DNA of 56,890 nucleotides, counting the filler, from Basidiobolus ranarum (taxonomy: Eukaryota): the NCBI GenBank assembly GCA_040143965.1. It is 3 parts of 3 records of this genome, joined end to end, with 100 filler letters (N's around TTAATTAATTAA, not from the genome) between each part and the next. Parts side by side here need not be neighbours in the genome. Positions count along the whole stretch, not along the records: positions 19,026 to 37,935 come from JASJQH010000265.1; positions 38,036 to 56,890 come from JASJQH010000266.1; 1 more part is not named here. The stretch is one strand, 5' to 3'. The position numbers were made by a program, and so were the translations under genes. Position 1 is the first letter of the stretch; each line of letters begins with the position of its first letter. Below are positions 21,822 through 38,272 of this stretch, piece by piece. The notes below the pieces were generated by a model. It was not told the origin of the DNA and ran no database searches. It was given only the letters and a program-made list of their open reading frames with translations.

Positions 21822-24767
21822 ATGGCGAGTCGGAAATTACAAGGTATGAACCATAAATAGTTTCTAATAATCAGAATCATCTTACTTCCATACTTGATGT
21901 AAATTCTGAATTCTCTATCCGTTATATAAAGTTGAAATCGATCGGGTGTTAAAAAAAGTGACCGAAGGGGTGGAAACTTTCGAAGAGATTTATGAAAAAA
22001 TCCAATCGACAAGTAACAACAACCAGAAAGAGAAACTAGAACAAGATTTAAAAAAAGAGATTAAAAAGCTACAGCGTCATAGAGATCAGATTAAAAGCTG
22101 GATCTCTTCGAATGAAATAAAAGACAAACGTATATTAATGGAAAATAGAAGACTCATAGAGCAGGTAGGCTAAATAAAAAGCCCATTTTCGTTTTTAATC
22201 TATGGTTACTTTTTAATTTACGCGTATACAGTCACTAACTTGTGCTTTATTTGATTTGATAGCAAATGGAGAAGTTTAAGGCTTGTGAAAAGGAGATGAA
22301 AACAAAAGCATACTCTAAAGAAGGACTAAGTCAATCTGCTCGTTTGGATCCAGTGGAGCGTAAGAAAATGGAAGCTTGTCAATGGGTGATATCTACAGTC
22401 GATCAGCTCAATGAAAAAATAGAGCGTTTAGAGGCTGAGGAAGAGGTCCTAGAAGCAGCTATGAAGAAGGGTAAAAAGGACCCTTCGAAGATGGAGAGAT
22501 TGGGACAAGTAGGATATATCATAGAGAGAAACAAGTATCATGTGAATCGTCTTGAACTTATTCTCCGTCTACTGGAGAATGGTAGAATGGACGCAGAGAA
22601 AGTAAGTTGTTCATTACCATTCGTGGTTTTTAGTACCCCACTAACCTGATACTGCTATCAGGTCGAGGACATTCAAGAAACAATGAATTACTATCTCGAA
22701 GCTCATGAGGTAATATACATTATGATTGCTAATGCATGTGCAACTCAATAACCGAGAGCCATGGTAGGAATCTGATTTCGAAGAGGATGAGTATGTATAC
22801 GAGGATCTTAACTTAGAGGAAGAAGAAGAGCTCTTCCAAATCGGTAACGAGGAGCCCTTAAGCTCTCATGGTTCTGTATATGAAGGTAGATTGTTATTAT
22901 ATTTGTACTACTTTGATGGGTTTAATCAGAAAAGCTAACAACGATCATTAGATTCCCGGAGTCAAAAAGAGGTTTGTAGAGGTTTGAATGATGTGCATTT
23001 GAACCAAATAGGCTAAGCTTGCTTTATATACTAATTTGAAAAGGACGAGAGACGTAGTAAAGATGAAGAGGTAAAGTGCCATGTTTATTCAAGTACTGAC
23101 ATCTACTCAGCCTGACTAACCTCATCTGATTAGACGCCATCGTCATCACCGTCACCCAAGTCTTCAACCATCAAATCCGTTGTTTCAAACGCTCGAAGTA
23201 TGTATCGTTATTGTTAGTAACCTTTGGCCCTAAAGTATATTAATACTACCATTAGAAATTACCATTTCCACATCCAAAGATAATACTCCTGATAACAGTA
23301 TGTATTGCTTTGCTTTGGCTGCAAGGACTGATATTATTTTCTAACCCTTTATATTTATTGCAATTACAAGCCGCTCCTACGACGCCTATATCACCTGTCG
23401 CCAACTCGAATAAGCCATCCGCTGCATCGATCTTGGTTAAATCTATCAATTCCAAGACACCAGCTACACCAGCATTGACTCATCCCTCCTACTCCTCAGC
23501 TGTTGCCATCCACTCGTCTCCTACTACTAGTACTGTTTCCAATGAGCGATCAGAAGAGCACACAAGCCCTAAGGGTATGTTATTCGGAGATAGCGTACTG
23601 CTGACTAGGTACTAATCCAACCTTAATCAACGTAGACGAGGCAGCCAAGCTGTCAGAGGATAACAGTAAGAAGGGAACTGAATTGTTTCAGGAGTCTCGT
23701 CAATTCCAGTTGCCAGAAATGGTAGTTACCTCTGTTATTAGTTTACGAAGAAGCTTGATTTCTAATATTTCAAACACACAGGTTGCCACACCTTCATCTG
23801 ATGCCCAAACCTCCCCTCAAGAGATCAACAACGTCTCTCAAGCATCCACCAGCTCTGCAATTTTGGAAAAGGTATTTTTAAACACACGAAGTGCGTATTG
23901 AGCATAGTCAATAACAATCAATTGGTCTCAGGAATCGTTAACCAATTCTGAGAACCCGGAGAACCTTCAGGAAGAAAGCCAACTTCCCGAAGTAGAGAAT
24001 CGAGTTCCTCCCGTCCTTGTAGATTTGGTACCTTCGTTAGACTCTATTAAAGACAAAGGTTCGTATTCCCGTCGTGTCTGTACGGTGTGTCTAAAGAGTA
24101 TTCTAATTAAATGTACATATACAGTGGAAGGTGGAAACTATCCTGAAGATCAAGATATGCTCGAAGCAAGTTTCTTGTGTATGCCTGACAACTCTGATTT
24201 GGAAAAGTATGCAACTATTCCTGCTCAACCGTCGCTCTCATTATCTAACATTTTATCCAACCAAGACCCAAATTTTATTCTCCCAAGAACCCTGCATCTA
24301 CACCCAGCTACTATCCTCAGACTGTAATGCCTGTCCTCAACAACCCCGCCTTCTATGAACGATTTGATCTAGACACTTTGTTTTTCATCTTCTATTATCA
24401 GCAAGGAACCTACCAGCAGTATGTTGTTATCCTACTTCATCATTGTTACTATCAATGCCCTAAAATGTACATTTCAGATATCTCGCAGCTCGAGAGCTCA
24501 AGAAACAATCTTGGAGGTTTCACAAGAAGTATCTTACCTGGTTCCAACGTCACGAAGAGCCTAAAGCCATCACAGAGGACTATGAACAGGGAACGTATAT
24601 CTACTTCGATTACGAAGGGGCGTGGTGCCAGCGTAAGAAAACAGAGTTCAGGTGATTTTATCCATACATATCCGTTTCATTGCATTGTTGTTTTTAACCT
24701 TAACCTTTAACCCACTGGTCTCTATAGATTCGAATACCGGTACCTGGAAGACGCCGAATTATTATAG
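21822..24767 (+). CDS. NOT3: CCR4-NOT subunit Not3/Not5, many exons
   Basis: [74 protein letters not shown] box [44 protein letters not shown]...FEYRYLED. Confidence 0.95.
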
Positions 24768-25049
24768 TCGATGTTTGCCATCCGCTGGAAAACCCTTGTC
24801 TAAATATCCAAACTATAGTATACTTAATTGTCTTCCTTATACAATCTTTTATTGTGCACATTTCCCCCTTTTGACGCAATAAACGCAGGTGTGCATGTAC
24901 TTGTAACTTTCCATACTTCAAACCCAGCGTTTCAATGCTAACTTGAGAATAATATTTGGTCCATACATTGGGTACATAATGGGAGTAGAGTTTACGTTCA
25001 TAAATTTTATTGGAAAGTTCAATGTGTACGAACAGCACTGAAGAAGCAT

Positions 25050-25521
25050 TTAAGCAGTCTTGTTGGCGGCAGGCTTCTTGCCATCTTTGTCGAATCTGAA
25101 TCTAGGAGGGGGGGTTCTGATTCTACGACCGACACAGGAACGAACACGGACGATGTGTTGATGAATAGCGCAAGAAATGCAGTAATGCAACTTGACGTAT
25201 AATTTAGGGAGAGCGTATTCAGCATAAACAGAAGCTTCCTTAAGATCACGAACAGCGGCGGATTCAACCATGTTACGGATGGTGAAACGCTTGATAGCCT
25301 TGTCCTTGGGAACGCAACGAGCACAGTTGACGCAACGGACGGGCTTGACGTGACCGCGTCCACTCTTGTTACGTCCGTGGTTTCTTCTCTTTGTGGTCTA
25401 CAAAAGAATAATGGAATTAGTCGCTAGCTTCATGGTGGCCGTCAGGTATATAATCCAATCTATTCATATTATTGAATCCATCCATACAAGGCAGGAAAGT
25501 GAATATACGAGAACTTACCAT
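25050..25521 (-). CDS. RPS26: 40S ribosomal protein S26 (eS26); intron 25398-25518 directly after ATG
   Basis: [39 protein letters not shown]...[19 protein letters not shown]. Confidence 0.97.
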
Positions 25522-26115
25522 GATCGTAGATTACACAAAGAATGAATGAGTAAAAAAGAAGGACCTCACAAAGCAAAGCCGTAATTTTTATTCATCCACT
25601 TCAGATTCCCGAGAAAATTCTTTTTTTTCTCCAGCTTCCCTCTATTCCCAACTCTGCTCACCACTTGAGTTTATTTTTTTTTAGATCAAAAACATTGTAA
25701 ACAGGAATAGCACGTGATATATGCAAGTTTTTTATTTGGCGATTAAGATTGGGTTACTTTGCATAACTTGAGTACCATCGCCAAAATTATGTGGGGGAGA
25801 GCAACATTTAAAATGGTGGGGGGAAGGGAGCATCGCTTTTTCTCACTGATGAAAATACTGATCATTTCAGCTAACAATTCACCGCTTTCATTGGGGTCAG
25901 AGATCAAGAACATTGGTTTGGTGTCGAAAATATGCTATTCTGGCCGAAAGTATTGGGATAATTTTACCCCAGCAACAAACAAGATTTGTTGTGGAGCGGG
26001 GCCCCCAAACGTGCTAACAATTCCTAAAGCCAAAGATTAATTTTTCGAGCATATTGTTGTAAGTCGAAACCCTGTTTGGGAAAGGAAGAGACTTGACTTT
26101 ACCAATTCAACTAAA

Positions 26116-26990
<875 letters not shown>

Positions 26991-27559
26991 GAGCAAATCA
27001 TGAAACGATAAATGAAGACAGTTCGAAGTATCTTTTTTCATCAGTGAAAATAGGAACTGATATTATTCTTTGTCTTTTTTGAATTTGTACACACAACACC
27101 CTACTTATCCTTTAAACATCTCAACAACAAATACACTATTCACCCCTCCTCTCCCCTCATGACATCCTATCACTGACTTTTTCATTTTTTAACCAAGTCG
27201 TCTTTTTCTACTGTTTTTTTTTCATATTAAAATAGAAGAATCATGTTCGCTCAGTTTCATCTGTCTATTCATTATCATAGTGAAGTGTGGTAAATATTGA
27301 GCTAGGTACTTCGTTGCAGGATGAAGATATGCTGAGTAGAGAGACGATAAATAGGAAGAGAACTGGCATATTTTATTTCTAACAGAACAAACCTAAATAA
27401 ATATAACTCATTGAACCATAATGCTTCCAGTGATCATCACTGAATGTAATTTCAGTATAGAGAAGGGGAGAGTGTTTCTAAGTAGTAAACGACGATTGAA
27501 GTTCCAAACAAGGGACCATTTCAAGGTCAAGGGAAAGTGTAAATATTTCTTTTCAAAGT

Positions 27560-29016
27560 CTATTCAACGTGACGTGAAATCACTTTATAGTTGGCGGTAT
27601 TTCTTCTAATGATCTCCACTACTGGACCTAAGAGTCTAACAAACGCCTTCTTACCCAAAGTAACAACCTTTAAACGTCCTTTAGCAGTAATCGTAGCGGC
27701 ACGAGGCTTGTCGTTGAGTAAAGCAAGTTCTATGGAGGGAAAAACGCTCTAGAATTAATCACATAAAGATATACTAAATTGAGCACTAAATTGAGCAATA
27801 CCTCCGAAGTAATCCCCCTTTTTGAGTGTTGGGAATACATCATCAACATCATCTTTGCTAACCGCAGCTTCACCAGATTCAATTATAAAGAAATTCTGAC
27901 CAACATCTCCTTGACGAATTACAACTTCGCCATCTTCAAAGCTTAATGGCTCCAAGGCATCGGCAATCTTATACCTTTCATAAGGTTCTAGAGATACCAA
28001 AAGAGGTACTTCTTCAAGGAAAGATTCGAACATACGTCTTTTGCTGTTTGTGCGCTCCATAAGCATTCGGCGGAATGTAACTCTATCCAGAGCCCAGAGA
28101 ACAGAATCTGATGTAGCAACGATAGTCGCCGCACGAGGCGCATTGTACATCAAAGCCAATTCTCCAAAGCTTCCACCAGGAACATAATCTGTCACTTTTT
28201 GAGGCTCATCTCCATTTTTAGATACGAAGCAATCGAAAGAGCCTGAATCTACTACGTAGAAATAATCACCAATTCCACCTTGCTGGATGACTACCTCTCC
28301 TTTAGGCACCTTCCTTTCGCTCATAGCATTAACCACATCCCGATGTGACTCCTCATCAAGATTGTTGAATAAGAAATTTTTGGCGATAGAGTTCTCAATC
28401 TGGTGACGTTGCTCTGGTGTCTTTTCGATAACAACCTTTTCGTAATCATTATCTCCAGTGGGTGCCATCGATTCAGCACTTACAGAAGTACGGCGTCCAC
28501 GACTACGAGAAGGTGGCATTGGAGGTAGTCCACCTAATTCATCTTCCAGCTCATCTTCAATATCCGAATGTACTGTATGAGGATATAAAGCAGAGCTAGG
28601 AGATTCTTGACCGCTTACAAATGCTTCTTCGTCACTTTCATCCAGCATTCCATCTACTTCGGTCGGCACGGTTAAAAGTTCAGCTGAATCTGTCATTGAA
28701 TCATTCAAGAATAAACTCTGTGATACTTGGTGCCAGTCACTTGTCTCCACAGCTATATATTAAGGGCGATTAACATGTAAATTGATGAAACAACAGAACA
28801 GCTATAAACTACTTAGAGAAGCAGGACGAAACAACTTGAAAGTTACTTACCTAGTGATAAAAGTTCAGCTCTTTGTTCTTGAAGCTTATGTTGAAAATAA
28901 TCGGCACAGAATTGGTACAGATCTTTGGGTTGAGCTTCAACAACCTTCTCGTGCAAATTTTGAATTATGTCTGCGAAACCATTCGGAGTTTGATCAAGGT
29001 TATCGTTAGAAGACAT
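27560..29016 (-). CDS. BCY1: cAMP-dependent protein kinase regulatory subunit, 3 exons
   Basis: D/D domain (AQPKDLYQFCADYF) in exon 1, inhibitor site RRTSVSAE, and two cNMP domains (FGELALMYNAPRAATI; FGELALLNDKPRAATI). Confidence 0.95.
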
Positions 29017-29614
29017 ATAGGCGGGGTTTTCTATTTCGAATACTATTGATACTTTAGGTGAGCAAAAAAAAGGGAGGTGACGTGATTTAGCGAAACTGAA
29101 AAGATAATAGAAAACTTGGTCCTTTCAAAAATATAGCCAAAAGGATGGCGGTAAAAGTATACATCAATCACGCCTCTTCCACGATTTTCTCAAAATATCT
29201 AATGAATCATTGGACGTTGACTTCATTTGAAGTCACGCACTATTAACCAGTGAATTCCCAAGAAAATATCGAAAAGCTATGTAAAATTCAGGTGATGAGT
29301 GTTGATGACGAAAAACGAACTGAACAAAGCCACTTTTTATTCGCCAGGCTTTCATCTATTATCCTTCCATTTTTAATTGGCGCATTTCTAACTCCGAGAG
29401 ATTGTTGACCCTGAATTCACCACTAGCCTAGCCCTAACCCTAATGCACTTATTATTTCCCCCGAGTTTATCATTTGAAATGGGTGATCCTGTTAAATCAC
29501 GTGACGCATATACGTTGAGTTATATGATCAAAGTTGTATATCAAGTACACAGGAGTAATTATAATAAAGGTGATAGAAAAGGCTTAGTCCAACTGGAATC
29601 TTACAACTCTTACC

Positions 29615-31125
<1,511 letters not shown>

Positions 31126-31535
31126 TTTATACCGTTTATTCCCACTTCTATTCGATGCACTCTTCCCTATTAAATCTCATAATTTATATACAGCAACGTT
31201 GAATGTCACTAATTGCAATCTCTTTGCATCCCAAATAAAATGTAATTTGCCAATATACAAGATAGGTTTAACTTAACTAGCATATACACAACCTGAAAAA
31301 AGAAAAAAAACCCACCCATCGTTTAATATTCGATTAAAAATCCGATGGGATTGAGCTAAGCAGAAAAAAAAATCCAAACGTAGCCATCTTTTTTAGGATC
31401 AAGCTAGAAATTTACAAAAAAAAAAATACGCGAAATACTGACATTAAAGTGTGGAGAAATTTTGGAAATTTGCTTAGTGTGTATCTTACGGTGGACGGGA
31501 ATCTCCAATATATTCATTAGACATTTAGATACAGA

Positions 31536-32749
31536 ATGCAATCAGACGAAGTAATTTGGCAGGTTATCAACCAGAACTTTTGCTCTTACAAAGTAAAGTA
31601 AGTTGAAATTCAGTTACTATTTCCCTCTTTTCGAACTTTTTACTAATCCGGCCACTCGTTAAGGACAAAAACTGGCAACTTCTGTACGAATGAGTATAAT
31701 CTTACAGGTCTTTGTAACCGTCAGTCATGTCCTCTTGCTAATAGTAAATATGCCACAATCCGTGAACATGAGGGTGAGTTGTGACTAGGTTTACTTGTAT
31801 TGTTAAAAAACTCCCTATACTGACTCTTTTGTTCCAAATATTTAGGTATCATCTACTTGTATATGAAAACACCTGAAAGAGCCCATAGTCCTGCTAAAAT
31901 GTGGGAGCGAGTTAAGCTGTCCAAGAACTATGCCCAAGCTCTTGAACAAGTATGTATACATTTCCTCGAAGCTCCATATGCAAATATCTATATGGCGAAT
32001 TTTTTTAGAATATTTTTGACCTAAACTTTTACCACCTTGTAGATTGATAAAGAGTTGATTTACTGGCCTAACTTCATCAACCACAAATGTAAGCAACGTT
32101 TGACAAAGATCACACAGTATCTGATCAAGATGCGTAAGCTGAAGTTGAAGAACCGCCCCACTTTGGTCGGTATCAAACCTAAAATTGAAAAACGTGAGAG
32201 ATCTCGTGAAATCAAGGCTGAGGCAGCTGCTAGACTGGATAAGGCTATCGAGAAGGAACTTTTGGAGAGATTGAAGAGCCGTGCTTATGGTGACGCTCCT
32301 TTGAATGTCAATGAGGATGTCTGGAAACAAATCTTGGAAGGTGAACAACTTGAGGTCGAGAGTGATGTTACCGACGAGGATGAAGATATCAGTGATCTCG
32401 AAGAAGAGGAAGAGGAGGAAGAGGTAAATCTCAATTTCAGTTGCTTGTGCATGTAGGATGGTTTATTTAATGGCTCTTTTCCATATAGGCTGAACACGAG
32501 TTTGTTTCTGACATCAGTGAAGATGAGATGGACGATCTCGAAGACATTGGAGACTACGGAGATTTCGATGAATTTGATGGCATGGACAATGCTTCTGATA
32601 GTGAGGTCTCCGATAGCGAAGATGAAACTTCCGCCCAGGGTAAGAGAAAGCAGAGCAAGAAGGTACTCCCATCCAAGAAGCAAAAGAAACGTGGGGCTCG
32701 TGTCGAAGTCGAATACGAGCAAGAAGAAGAGCCTGCCCTCAAGAATTAA
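31536..32749 (+). CDS. MAK16: 60S biogenesis factor Mak16, 5 exons
   Basis: [58 protein letters not shown], and an acidic tail ending VEVEYEQE. Confidence 0.96.
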
Positions 32750-33865
32750 TTGTCTCAGAATCTTCATGCTCTTCACACTCATTTTTGGCCTGATGTGTTT
32801 TCTATCCGTGACTAATATATAATTTAGATGTGGTTTATCCTCTGTTACTTTCTCATTCTTTACTTAACACAGTGCTTAATGGTATATTGAATGTTTATTT
32901 TTGATCAAATATACTGTCAACACATTAATGTATAATAAAAAGATCAAGCCCAAGCATCTCTGCCAATCAGCAGGTTTATATCTGCGTCGAGCATTATGTT
33001 CAGATATCTCGAGTGGACAATATGCTCCATATGGGTATGGTTGGCTGTTACAGCATCATTGCGGAGATCAAGTTGTTGATGTATCCAGGTCATACGATCT
33101 TCTCTGAAGGATGAAACCTAACCAAACATTGTGTCCGATTACACCGAAATGCTTATTTTCCATAGACGCATCACAGGAATCCAGAAAATAGAGAATTGCT
33201 GCTACGAAGGTCATCGTCGAAGCAAAATCAGGTCTGGTCTCATCGAATTTGAGTCATAGATTATGAGTCTATTTCACTATTCTTTACCCAATTAAGTGGA
33301 GCGACTCAGGAAGCAGGGGTGTCCGATCGATGAAAAAGGAAATAAAATCATAAGATTGAGCGAGCCCAAGAGGTGGAATTAATCCGGGTCTAGACCCCAG
33401 CAAAGGATTCTAACTATCGTGGCTGTCTAAGTTATAATAAATCAGCTCGATCAGTCCATACAATTTACAGATGAATATAAAACCAAATATATTATAGATT
33501 GTTGTAAATCACTATAGATGCTTTTGATAGCTTACATCTATGGAAAAGAAAGCCCCCGTCCAAACCTAATTTGATGAGTTTACTGCACTCCGTTGGCTGT
33601 TCGTTTGAAAATCTTAGTTGAGGTGTTTGATTAGACGGATATAGGCTACGGATGTGTCTTTAGTTTTCTTATTTCTGTCAGCATAAATACCAAGATTTCA
33701 GTCAAGTGCCAATCAGATGTCAATCCTCAAAATAGCTGTTGCATATAAAGACCGTCTCATCCGAAAATACATAAAAGGGCGTGACAGTCAGAAATCCATT
33801 CAAGAGTTGTTGTGCCATTACATTACGGTGTATATTTTATTGCGTACAGGTGGCGATAATATTCA

Positions 33866-36800
33866 ATGGCGAAGTCTTTTATTCGGCTTCGATTATCTTT
33901 ACTTATTTTCTCATTATTACTGTTGTTGTCGGTTGTCGTAAAAGCCCAGGATATCGAGTCTTTTAGTGAATCAGATGTACCTTGTACACACCCTAGTAAT
34001 CACGCCGATCCATGCGCTTTCGTGCGTGCATATTGTGCTAGTGAAGCTGGGCTTATTAACTATCTAGAACTTCGTTATTGTACAATTTCCCCTCAAAATG
34101 CCGGCTGGTTTTTCGTTCTAGCTTTGTTCTTAACGATAGCTTTCTTCTACGCTTTGTTCAGAGTTAGTGATGTGCACTTGACCACGGCGCTACAGAGTAT
34201 TTCCGATTATCTTGGACTCAGTAGTGAGATCGCCGGCTTAACCTTGCTTTCTTTTGGCAACGGTGCTCCGGACTTGTTCACAGCGTTTGCTGGCGTTAGC
34301 TCTGGAGATTTCGAATTGGTTTTTGGCTCAACGATCGGAAGCGCTATGTTCATTCTCAACGTTGTTCTGGGTAGTATCATCATTGCTTCGTACTATCGAT
34401 ACAGAAATGAAAGTTTATCTGCACCTCAGAAAACGCGTCTCGAGTTACAACAACAACTTCTGTCCTCAGAGGCTGAATTAGAATGTCGCCATTCTGTTTG
34501 CAACTCAGAATCGTTTGTAAGGTTGAGAAGAAAGTTACAATCCATAACGAGGGCACTTCGTTTACAACCCTCAGACGAACAATCGGTCTCAAATTTTGTT
34601 ATCCACTTCAGTGGTATCAGCGTGGATAAGTTTTCGCATCTTCGCAATTTGTCGATTTATACCATTGCGGTGTTTATATTGTTAGGCATATGTAAAGATA
34701 GAACTATTCGCTGGTTTGACCCACTGATATTGTTGCTATATTACATTATCTTCTTATCTTTTTTTATTGTTAAACACTTCTTTCATGAACGAACTTTAAG
34801 AAAGAAGAAAGAAGCTTGTTTGAAACTCACTCAATTCCCACCCGAGTTGAATTCTTTTCCTCAAAGATCTTCCTTTGATTCGGTCAACTCAAATCTAAGC
34901 TTTGATTGTCATATGTCTCGCCCCGACTCTACAGATCCTTTTCTGAGCGCCAAGCCTTTATCTTCCGCCATTCCTAAGGATACTTCAAGCGAGCCTAACC
35001 TTATCGTTCCTAGGTTGATTGTGACACAGGCAGACACTCCGATAAAAGATTTTCTAGAAGAAAGGTATTTTGTAATATTGGCTCCTGAATTTGCTTTTTT
35101 GTATTCTAACTGGCTTTTCCAGTAGTGAGAATTCTACGATCAACGGTCATCAACGACATCATTTATTGAGAGCCAATAGACCTAACCCAATCAAAACGAC
35201 ACGCTTTGACGATCATGTGATTGTCCACAATGAGACGGCTGATATCGGTGACACAAGTGACCAGGACGCAGAGGATGATTCAGAAGACGACTTATCAAAG
35301 AGTAGCTTATCTCACATATTCAGCTTGTTGAAGTTACATCTAATAGAAGATAGTGAGATTGTCAACTCCATCAAAGAACGTTTCCGTATTACCAAGCCTA
35401 CTTCCATATTGCAATGGATCAAGGTGGTTGCTGAATTGTTCGGAGGGATATTCTGGATATTCATGATACCTATTCGCTGTTTGATTTTCTTCTCCATGCC
35501 TCCATTTCTTTCAGATATGATTAGTGAAGTGGATGATGATATAAAAGAAGAGGATGAGGATCATCTCGAAGAGATAGCAATGAATTCCGAAAACCCAGAA
35601 GAATACGCTGAGGATGCTCTTAGCACTAACATAATACGCTATTCGTGTAGCGGTGATTCTTCAGAGGATGAAAAACAGCCAGTGGTAGTAGGCTCAGAGA
35701 GAGCAAAGGCTTTAGAGCACACCAAGGGCAATAAGCTTTCACCATCTCCTAGTAGACTGTTAACAGTGCCAACTATTGATTTAAGCGATTCCATACAGCC
35801 AATCAAATCCAGATGTTCAATTCCCAACACTTCCATTAAATGTGTTCGTCCATCCACTCCACAAAAAGCTTTCATGCCTGGTGGAATCTATGGCGGTAAC
35901 ACCTTGAGCTCCCCCGCCTTCCAAACAGGTTCAGAGCAAGCACAGTATACTCTTGTACCTAACTCAACCCGTAGCCCTGATTCCCGCTATTCAGATTATG
36001 GATCTGTGTCGGGAAATATTAGAAAAGCACCTTGGTGGTGGCCATTACCACGCAAAGCGATGATCCGATTTATATATCATCTGACACATGTGCCAGTTCA
36101 TCGGTTTCTGAAGTACCGTATTCTTATGGCTGTATATCCGGTGGTTGCTAGTCTATTGGTGATTTATCTAGCAGGATTTGACTTGGAAGGAATGAGTGTA
36201 GTCGCAATAGTTGTTGTAGCAATAGTACTTATCATCTTCGGTCTTTGCGTGACTCGAGAGATTTTGACCACAGCCACCGATTTTGGATGTGGTTTTGCGG
36301 AATACCTCGATGCCAAATCCTTACTGAGTCCTCGGTCAGGTTTATCTTCTGCCTCTCCTATTGGGATAAACTCACCATCCCCCTCACCAGGTCAAAGTTT
36401 GAACGGAGAACCTATATCACTCTCTACTGACGAAAAAAACATCGCTAGATACCTTAAGTTCCTCCACATGGCATACTCTAGAGGTGCTTACTCGGAATCC
36501 AATCCATGCCATATACCTTTCCACTCCATTAAGGTCGCCACTATGCTGTATCTGTATGAGTTATTTTGCTCGTTTATTACATTTTTTATGTCTATTCTAT
36601 GGATATACCTTGTATCCAATGAGATAGTTGCATTACTGGCTTCCCTTGGTACCATACTGTCACTCTCGAAAGCGATCATCGGGCTGACCGTGCTTGCGTG
36701 GGGAAACTCGTTGGGAGACTTGTTTGCAGACGTAGCTATGGCAAGAGCGGGATTCTTCCGTGTTGCATTCACAGCAGTCTGGGCTGGACCTATTCAAAAC

Positions 36801-37082
36801 CTATTGTTAACATTGGGTATTACCCTTTTGATTGCATGTATTCAACATAGACCAATGGGAGCAGGTCTAGCAGACGCAAGCATACCATTACCACCCATAT
36901 CGTCGACCATCTGGCTAGGATTTGCTTTCCTACTATTTAGTGTGTTGATCCTCAGCGGAGCATTACTTGCCATTTATTACAAATTCCGATTGCCATTGTC
37001 ACTTGGAATATTGTTGATAGCCAATTTTGTTGTTTACCTGACCACTTCGATCATCGTAGAATTGAGTACCGACAACCCATGA
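33866..37082 (+). CDS. Cation/Ca2+ exchanger, NCLX/CCX subfamily; 2 exons (intron about 35065-35122)
   Basis: Signal peptide; Cys motif (C..PCAFVRAYC..GLINYLELRYC); alpha-1 GLTLLSFGNGAPDLF; alpha-2 GLTVLAWGNSLGDL; multiple TM helices. Confidence 0.92.
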
Positions 37083-37935
37083 TGTTCATTAACAAGATCA
37101 TGATGTACATTGCATACACCGCATACACCGCCCTTTATGTTTCTTTTATGTATAATAAACCATTTGTTTTAGCCTTCATTGGAGATAAGAAAATTTTAAT
37201 CATCAAAAGAAAGAGTCACCGAAGAGAATAAAAGGATATATATACTTTGAAGTAAGAGGAGTATATATATAATTTATGAATCTATTAACCAACTATAAGT
37301 AATCCAAAAAGAAAGGGGGGGGAAACCAAACCAACATCATAAAGAGTAGTTAAAGAACGAATATATACACTTTAACGAAGTGCAATTACCAAAAATCCAT
37401 TCCAATTGGAAAGAATTACCTAGAATTAAAATTCGGTAGTATGTTGTGAATAAGTTTGACCAGTATAATAATTGGGTGGATATTGTGTAGTTTGAAGATG
37501 TTGACTTGGTTCTTGAGAAGTTTGAAAAAGTCCGTTAGAAGGTTCCACTCCTTCGTCTTCTTTATAACCACCCACAGTTTTATCTACTTTAATAGTCTAA
37601 ATTTACCAATTCCGAACCGAACCATTTGAGTGACCAATTTTCAAAGTATTTTTAAAAAGTTAAAAGGAATAACTTACTTCTCGATATTTTCCCAAATATA
37701 CTTTTAATACTTCGGCGTAATTTTCGAAACCTAGTGATTGCATAGCCCATAAGATATCTTCACCGTTAATGGTTTTTCTTTTTTCTTGTATACAACGGTC
37801 ACTAGCTGTAATATGAATAAAAGTTAAGGAAACGATATTAAAAAAGAAGAAAATTATTTGGGAGGGGGGGGGGTGGTTTGTAGAAACAATGAAATTTTAA
37901 TTTTAAAGTGAAATAAATTAATAAAGGTATTTGGG

Positions 37936-38035
37936 NNNNNNNNNNNNNNNNNNNNNNNNNNNNNNNNNNNNNNNNNNNNTTAATTAATTAANNNNNNNNN
38001 NNNNNNNNNNNNNNNNNNNNNNNNNNNNNNNNNNN
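37936..38035. other. Assembly gap with artificial TTAATTAATTAA linker (37980-37991)
   Basis: Same 100-nt structure as the first gap. Confidence 0.97.
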
Positions 38036-38272
38036 ACGACCAATCAAACGCTTGGCAGCGAAAACGGTGTTCATTGGGTTCATGGCACCTTGGTTCTTGG
38101 CGGCATCACCAATAATTCTCTCGCTATCGGTGAAAGCGACATAGGAGGGAGTGGTACGGTTACCTTGCTCGTTGGCAATGATTTCGACACGCTCACCTTC
38201 CCAGACGGCAACACAAGAATAAGTGGTACCGAGATCGATACCGATAGCACCCTGATATTGTTCAGCAGACAT
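38036..38272 (-). CDS. SSB1: Hsp70, ribosome-associated Ssb-type, 5' fragment truncated by the gap
   Basis: [48 protein letters not shown]; the QGAIGIDLG and ANEQGN variants match Ssb. Confidence 0.8.

Noticed and set aside
32900..33260. Coding-looking intergenic stretch between MAK16 and the exchanger
   Set aside because: Short stop-interrupted frames only, with no recognisable protein or canonical snoRNA boxes.
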